A DNA stretch of 64,000 nucleotides from Epithemia pelagica. Taxonomy: Eukaryota > Protista > Bacillariophyta. The notes beneath the pieces were generated by a model that was not told where the DNA came from, did not search any database, and was given only the letters and a program-made list of their open reading frames with translations. The stretch covers positions 1,612,001 to 1,676,000 of the forward strand of contig OX337233.1 in the NCBI GenBank assembly GCA_946965045.2, given 5' to 3'. Positions 56,995-64,000 of this stretch are shown piece by piece. Positions within the stretch are counted from its first letter, which is position 1; each line of letters begins with the position of its first letter. The translations under genes and the position numbers were made by a program.

Positions 56995-58480
56995 CTCCCT
57001 CCCATTAGCGACTTGCCAGGTTACCAACCTTGAATAGTTTTGCAAAACTTGAGCAAAGTAGCTTCATCCAGAGGTTTGGTGAGGAGATCTGCCATTTGAT
57101 CTGTTGTTTTCATTGCGACAATGGTCAGTTGGTCGAGGTACAAGTGGAAGTGGTGGATTTAGTTGTTGAGATGCTTTGTTCTGGGTCTGTATTTTGGGAG
57201 CTTGGCCATTTCCAATGCTCCTCCTCCACTGTTGTCTTCAAAAATACCTTGTAATGGATTTGTGGTGGTTCCAATGCAATCTTGATGCCTTGGTTGCTTT
57301 GGGATACCCTGTGTGACCTTGGAACTTTCCAATGCTTTCTTGATTCATGGTTGTGCAGTTCCAGGTCCTTGGTTTGACAAATTGTTTTCTATCAAGCTGT
57401 CGCATGGCCTCATTCAGTCAGGACTGGCACTTGCTGCAAAGGCCATGGGTTGTTCCAGTTGCTGTTGGAGGTGGAACTGTTGTTCTGCTGTTGGTTCGAC
57501 CTCATTGTCGTCTTGGTCAACCATCACCTCCCCATGCCACAATGTCTTGATGTCTTTGTTGAGTACCTTCCTCATATCTGGGAGTGTTGTGAATGATTCG
57601 ACCACTTCTCATTTGGCGCTGTGTCGGACCTGTTGTGACTGCCGTTGGGGCAGCTTCAACATGTGGTTGTGGTGGTTGTATGTTGGGAAGTCCACCTCCC
57701 TCATGCATCAGCATGATGGGTTCCAGGTTGGCTGGTTCCAGGACATTGTTGTTGTCCTCTAAAAGTTGTAGTGGGTCTGTGTCGATTGGTGCACCTGTGT
57801 GGGTGCGCGCATGGGATGCAAGAGATTGCCTCCCTCAGTCAAGTCAGCGTTGATCTTGCAAGTATTCTTTCTCTTAATCGCGAGGCCAATGAGATACTTC
57901 CACTCTGGCTCAGGTGCATCGAAGTTGGTTGCTTTTCCAGAGACTGGTCTCTCAAAAAAGTCATCATGCTTGATGTGAAACTGAGGGGATGTATGACCTG
58001 CCCTTGGGTTTAGGATCAAGCTTATTGATCTTGCATGGTTCGGTGAAGGTCCCAAGTAGACGCCCATTCTTGCTCACGTTAGTGTTACAATTCTTTCTGA
58101 ATCGTAGGGACATTGATGCTCGGTAGAGCAGACAATCAGGTAGGTCACCAACCGATACAAGCTTCTCAGGGTCAGAGAAGCAAGCAAGTCGAAGTCTATC
58201 AGAAGGATAGTCGGGACACAAAAGAGGATGTGATAAATGGTGATATTGTTAGATTGTGTGTTGATTACTACGATAGGTCTACGTGAAATGTTCGGTCCTG
58301 CCAAGGGTCATGTGTCATAGGTTCTTGGCGGCAACAGGTTTGGAATAGTTGGAGTCGATTCATGTGATGTATATGACATGTATATGTGGGCGGATAACAT
58401 ATACAGGGTCAACAGCTCTTGCTTTGGGTTGGCATAGTTGTTTTCATGGCGCGCAGCTTGTTGACAATTTGGAGATTGTG
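56995..58480 (-). mobile_element. Heavily deleted Ty1/copia remnant 3
   Basis: Integrase C-terminus GVYLGPSPNHARSISLILN..SPQFH, RNase H tail RPRTKH..QMADLLTKPL, PPT GGGAGGGAG followed by TGTGGG (LTR start at 56994). Confidence 0.75.
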
Positions 58481-58959
58481 GGAATGGAAATATGGTCTCG
58501 CGTGATCGTGTGTCGTGCTTGGGATACTTAGACCGTTGGATCGGATAGATGCCGATAGCGCTCGGATGTCGCTTGGGCGCGCTCGATGATTTCGGGCGCG
58601 TACGCTTAGGGCGTTAGTATAATGTCCGAGCAACGGCCAAATTTATGTCCGTTGTAATACCGCACGACCCAGTTTAGTCTTGAGAGTGAGTTCGTCAATC
58701 TATTCTCACTTTTCATGATTTGCGAAGAAATATAGGTCGATATAGCGCGAAGCTAGGGAACATAGCTCGAAGCTAGATGGCATGATGCGATAGCACGAGG
58801 CTATGTGACATGGGGAATCGATGAGATGTAGAATCTAACCACCATAGACGGTGAGAATTCTAACAGTTAGTGCTGGGCACTTGGCAGGGAGATGGTGACT
58901 GGCACGTACCGGGCAGCACACTTTTTCTAGAGATCGACCATGGCGCGCAAATTGTTCGT

Positions 58960-59074
58960 TCAACCCTCACCCCTTACCACCAAAACCTTTTTCACAATTG
59001 GCAAGCCAACGACCTCAACCCTCACCCCTTACCACCAAAACCTTTTTCACAATTGGCAGGCCAACGACCTCAAC
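58960..59074. repeat. 55-bp tandem duplication
   Basis: TCAACCCTCACCCC starts at 58960 and 59015. Confidence 0.85.
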
Positions 59075-59109
59075 CTCTTTAACACACCTTCCGCAGTGCC
59101 TTCGCTGCA

Positions 59110-59736
59110 TTGTCTTCCCTCCAGGTTTCCATCTGTGTAGTATCTACTTCAACGGTGGCGCTCCATCAGAGCCCGAGGGCGCATTGTGGACGCATTGGAA
59201 TCGAAAGGAAAAGCAGACGGTGGAACTCAATGCCATGGGCCAGTGGAAATGACACCAAAACAATCCCAACCTTAGATTCTTCGTCTTCACCACAACATAA
59301 CAGATTGGACCCTTCCCTTGCAACAACTGCACATTCGTCAGAGACTGGCAACGTGCCACATCTTGGAGAAACAGTCGACCACCAAAGCACCCCTGCTGAA
59401 AGTAACCGACAGTTGCTATCAGTCGTATCAGTTTGTGAGCAAAATTACCAACAACAACAGAAGACCCTTGTGGCCATGTGCTATGGTCTCCAAGGCGAGG
59501 CAAATAGACACTTTTGTGATCCTAGGGAAGACCCGGTGTACAAGAAAGCAAAGAACAAGCAGCAACTCTTCCCATCGGCTGAAGATTATAAACACAAAGT
59601 TCTTCGCAGAAACCGTGTCGAGGAGTGTGGGGTTCGACATCGTGGGGCGACTGCTGAGCTTCGGTACTTGGATGAAGGGGCATCACAATTGATGGAAGAG
59701 GATGGTTGCCGATTTCTAAAGGGACAAAGGGATTGA
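59110..59736 (+). pseudogene. Hypothetical, probably TE-associated ORF remnant
   Basis: 208-aa ORF (AMCYGL..FCDP..FPSAEDYKHKVLRR); function not recognised. Confidence 0.25.
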
Positions 59737-60417
59737 AACCATATTGGGTGTTCCAAGATGGGGCAGATGGTTTGCAGAGATACGGCAGAAAAGGTAGCAG
59801 GTTGCAGGGTTTGTGAAGAAATAATTCCAGATATTGTTCATTGAATTTGGAAATTGACGAAGGAAAAATGAATGGAATTTGTTGATCATCATGGGGGAAA
59901 GATTTGCTCGGAAAAGCTGGTCAAAGTAGATCGCAGCTGCTAAGACAAATTTTTGATGTGTGAACAGGGCATCGGCTGCCCTTTGAGGGGGAGGAGTACT
60001 AAAGGACAAGATGTGAAAAATTGGTCAAGGGACTTGTGACAAGTCACATGTTTGTTGTCTGAATTGCCAGAAGAGGGGTATGGAAGAGTTCAAGACGAGA
60101 CGAATAAGAACAACTTTACGCAAACGGTGTTCAATGATCGGCAACATTCTCCAAGCTCTCCAAAATTTTGCATGTATCAACTCAAGTCCAGATAAAACCC
60201 CTCTCTCAGCAGAAGGTCTTAAATTACGAAAATCAGTTTGTCTTTTGACCGATTTTGCATAATCAATGATGAAATTTAACAACTACACCTCTCGTCTAGG
60301 ACAATCGTCCTCATCACAGTCGTCGGCTAGAGAACTAGAAGTTCCACAACCTCTGTCTAATGCAATGGGAATGGATACTCTGGTGTCACAATTTTCCCAG
60401 CTCATCAAACACAATCA

Positions 60418-61113
60418 AGTACAGTGCACATGCGCAAATCCACGAGCGACACAAAACGTGCAACATTTGCCATGACGGTCACAGCATCCGGGAAGGTCCT
60501 CAAGCTAATGCTTATTTTCAAGGGAAAATGTCAGGGCCGGATTGTAGCAAAAGAATTCCCAACATTCCCTGACAGTTGCATTTATGCCTGTCAGGAACTT
60601 GGATGGACAAGAAATGTATGTTTTTGTTAAGATGGTGAACAAAGCGTTGATATCAAAAGGGAAAAAATAAGATTATGGGTTCTGCTTTCCTTTGACGACG
60701 TCAGCCCAACTAGCTTGTTTTCGCATTGTCTTTGTTTCACGAGTTCTCTGGCGAGCGTCGTTAACGCGCCGGGCGACTATCTCATTACTTTCTTCCGTCT
60801 CTTGTGTCTCATTTCCAACACCCCCCACTCCTGAGATCAAGGGAACCAAGATGTCGCGGAGCTCACGGAAATGGGCCACGTCTCGATGTTCTTTTGTCAG
60901 CGAGTTGGCTGGGTTGACTTTCCCAGGGATATGATGCACGGCAATTTCTTGGTCGCGGATGGCATCTCGAACAGCAATTTCGCGCATGTTAAGATGGCGT
61001 AATCGCTTAGTAATAGCCCCTGTACTACTCCAATCAACGGCCCCTTTGTTGTCGTTGAAGATAGGAATAGGATGGGCAGTGGATGGAAGTAGGTTCATCT
61101 CGTCCATCAGATA
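60418..61113. repeat. Dispersed direct copy of 15471-16171 (pogo 1 / copia 2 LTR / RNase H junction)
   Basis: Near-identical sequence including the LTR at 60625-60820 and the same gtttt flank. Confidence 0.93.
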
Positions 61114-61829
61114 AATGTTCCAAAATTCCAAATAAGGCACTTAATTTCTATATCGCCTTGGATTTTAACGAGTGGTGTGAAAGCGCCACCGGAGGTAGTG
61201 GTGCTGCCGGACGGTTCAACTGGGCACACGTCCAAGGGGAATTCACCTGGTTTGGACGAAGACAGCGAGTAAGGAGAGATGAGAAACGAGATGGAGGAGA
61301 TGGGGGAGTTGATTACAGAGTTGGATTCGATTGCAGGACATCAAGTGGAGATGGCAGAGGTTATGAAGGAGTTGGGATGGATGGTGGAGCGACAGGTGGA
61401 GATAGCGGATAGACTGCATCAACTGAAACTGTTGGCCGAGACGAGGTTGCAGCGCGCACGGGACGTCGTATGTAAAAGGAGACGGCACGGGAGACCTGGA
61501 GCCGGATGGGCAAGGGCCAGATGGGAGAGACGGCGAGACTCCACAGAGTCGATCTGACAGCGGAACTCCCCGCGGTCGATGGAGATGGCGAGTTGCACGA
61601 AAGTCAGTCGGTGGGGTGAGTCCGCGAGGACGACGGGTCAGTCGGGGTTCTCGAGACAGCAGCGGAAGACCTGTGGTGGGTGACAGGGTGAGAGTGTTGA
61701 ACCCGGTTGATCCACAGCGGGGAAAAGAAAGGAGCAGTGCAGATCATTACTGTCCTTATCTCCTCCTTACTGAGTACCAACTATAAGGATGGAACAATTT
61801 ATCGTCCCGAACCTCAGTATGTAACCTGT

Positions 61830-64000
61830 TTCCGTGAGAGTGCCAAGAAACAACTCTTCGCTCCATACCAATCTACATGAAAAACATTGATCAATGTTTA
61901 AGAATCGGCAGGGTTGGTCTTTCCATCTTTCCAGTAGAATGCAACATACTTTGCCGCGATGGCTTCACGAACTCGGTGGTATGACAGAAGATGGTGTCTC
62001 TTGGATAGTATGGAATGAGGAACGGTTGCATTGAGCACAACAGATCTGTTATCTCCGTACATGTAACTTCGCTCTCGGATAGGTACTCCAAGGTAGCGGA
62101 GAGAATGTCGTAATTCTGTAATCTGATCTATTGCTGTCCTTGCAGCCACAAACTCGGATCCATAGGTAGCAGTTTCCACCGTGCTCTGTCTCTTGCTGTA
62201 CCAGTCAATAGGTGTTCCGTTCAACAAATGTAGAACAGCAGTGACGGATTTACCAGTGACTATGTCATGCATGAGATTGGCATCAACATAATGAGTTGTG
62301 GTAACATAGCGGCCAAGAGGTGTTGGGCAGTCTTCAGGAATACGTTCACTTGCATTCGGATAGACAGTGCGAGTCCAATCAAATTCTTGGGTAGGAAGAC
62401 TTGAATAATCGGGCTCTCCAATCCTAAATCTGATTGCGCCTTCTGGGAGATGTGCAAGGTATCCATAGATACGCTTGGCTCTATCAAGATGTCCTTTCCT
62501 CGGAGCAGCACGAAAGCGTGATAGCGTCATTGTAGCGGTGAAGACGTCGAAACGACCAATAGTGATCACCCATTGGAGTTGTCCAATCAGAGTTTGGAAA
62601 TGGCTAGTACCTTCTTCATCAAGGAGTTCAGAATCATCCAATTCAGGATGGTCTCCACCAATAAGAGGTGTTTTGGCTTTCTTGGGTTTCTCCTTGAAGA
62701 TTCGTTCGAAAGTGTCCATCATCTTACCAATGTAGCGTCTTGGATCTGCTACTAATGTTCAATCAGAATCCTTGGTGTAACAACATCCCAAGTGAAAATC
62801 AATAGGTCCATCTCCTTTGAGTTTGAAGTTGTATTTCTCCTTCAGGATCTTGCAGATATTCCCAGGATCAGTAGAAATAATGGCTAAGTCATCAACGTAT
62901 ACGGCAATGTATTCGTAACAGTCTTCTCCAGGTGCCTTCCTCATCCAGATATCCGGATCTGCTTTGCTTGGTGAAAATCCCATGTCTGTCAAAACATCGA
63001 ATAAGACATCATGCCAGCGTGCGCCTGATGACTTCAATCCATAAAGTGCCTTGTATATAATCAGGATGTGACCTTCTAATTCCTTGAATTCAGGTCCTGC
63101 GACAATGAAAATTTTCTCCCCTGTCAAGGCTTCCAGATATGCGTTTCCAATATCTGCTCCCCATATTTCCAAGTCATTCAAAGTACCCAGGAATAAGGCA
63201 ATGCGGAGGTTGCGAATGGAAACAACACCTGAATAGATTGTCTCAACAGGTTCTTTTGTGAGATGTCCATCTGCGACAAGTCTTGCTTTATGTCGTCCAT
63301 CATGTTTTACGTCAAAGACAAGATGTACACGTATCTTATGATATCCTTCAGGTGCATTGGATACTTTCCCTTTAATGAAGATGGCTTTCCCAAAATCCTT
63401 GAATGTCTTGTAGGACTGGATCTGTGACAATTCTAATTCTGTTGCATCTTGCCACTTTGTGTTGCCATGTTGTTTATCAAGAGCGACAGCTTCCTCATAA
63501 TTGCGTGGTACTTGGAATCCAAACTTATACTTGACGGAATGGTGAACTTGTTTAATCCTTGACTGTTTGGCTGCTCGAATGAGACGTTTGCTTGTTTTGA
63601 CATAACGTTTCAAATGCTTCCATCCAGGTTCGTTGAGTAAATCATGTTTCTTTCCATAAATTGCTACAGTGATCGGATCATCATTGGCGATGAGTGATAA
63701 AGGTTCATAGGTAGTCTCCCCAGTTTCCCAATCAACAAGCAAATTATATTTGCTCCCCTTGTAATCTGGATCAGTTGTGTTCAGTGGACCTTGATGGGCA
63801 ATGACGTCCCTGAACCTGAAAAGATTATCTCCAGAGGTTTGAGCTTGGTTATCTCGTTCGATATACTCCATGAGTTGATTATAGGATATCATCTCATCAA
63901 CATCAGAACTTGTCTTTCGGTAGATGTACTTGACACGTTCTTCCTGTTTCGTTGCTTCTTCATTAAGATCAATGACTCGTTTGATGACACGTGCACGGTG
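61830..64000 (-). mobile_element. pol: Ty1/copia element 4 (CoDi-like): RT and RNase H; continues beyond the window
   Basis: KARLVADG, LYGLKSSG, YVDD, YVDANLMHD..GKS, ETATYGSEF, KRHH, NPAD. Frameshift between 62722 and 62759. Confidence 0.92.

Noticed and set aside
61279-61730. Functional coiled-coil/KOW gene
   Set aside because: Short and interrupted by stops and frameshifts; too little evidence for a call.
1-64000. Prokaryotic or giant-virus origin, or Fanzor/TnpB nucleases
   Set aside because: Spliceosomal introns and eukaryotic TE superfamilies dominate; no capsid, polymerase B, packaging ATPase or RuvC/TnpB motifs were recognised.

Overview
Eukaryotic nuclear DNA, most likely from a diatom. 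This is inferred from CoDi-type Ty1/copia, CryptonS-like and Ambal-like elements and short GT-AG introns. After one low-complexity gene (172-2721) and a tRNA-Ile(AAT), about 60 kb is a nested transposon cluster. It holds four Ty1/copia elements (one full-length with apparently identical LTRs and a TSD), two Crypton-like tyrosine recombinases, two pogo elements each with a convergent HIRAN-like ORF, and complete hAT, mariner and PIF/Harbinger elements with TIRs and TSDs. It also holds non-LTR RT fragments, an unclassified DDE transposase and many short tandem duplications. The most notable signal occurs twice: a Mutator-like (MULE+SWIM) transposase facing a TET/JBP-like Fe(II) dioxygenase gene tail-to-tail. 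One copy is near-intact (32083-36634). The other is decayed, with its dioxygenase split by the Harbinger element (about 43470-51830). This suggests a Mutator lineage carrying its own DNA-base-modifying, possibly anti-silencing, enzyme. A 156-nt bistable hairpin (14466-14621) and a copia element carrying an RNase H1-type hybrid-binding domain also stand out. All family assignments come from motif recognition by eye; no database search was run.
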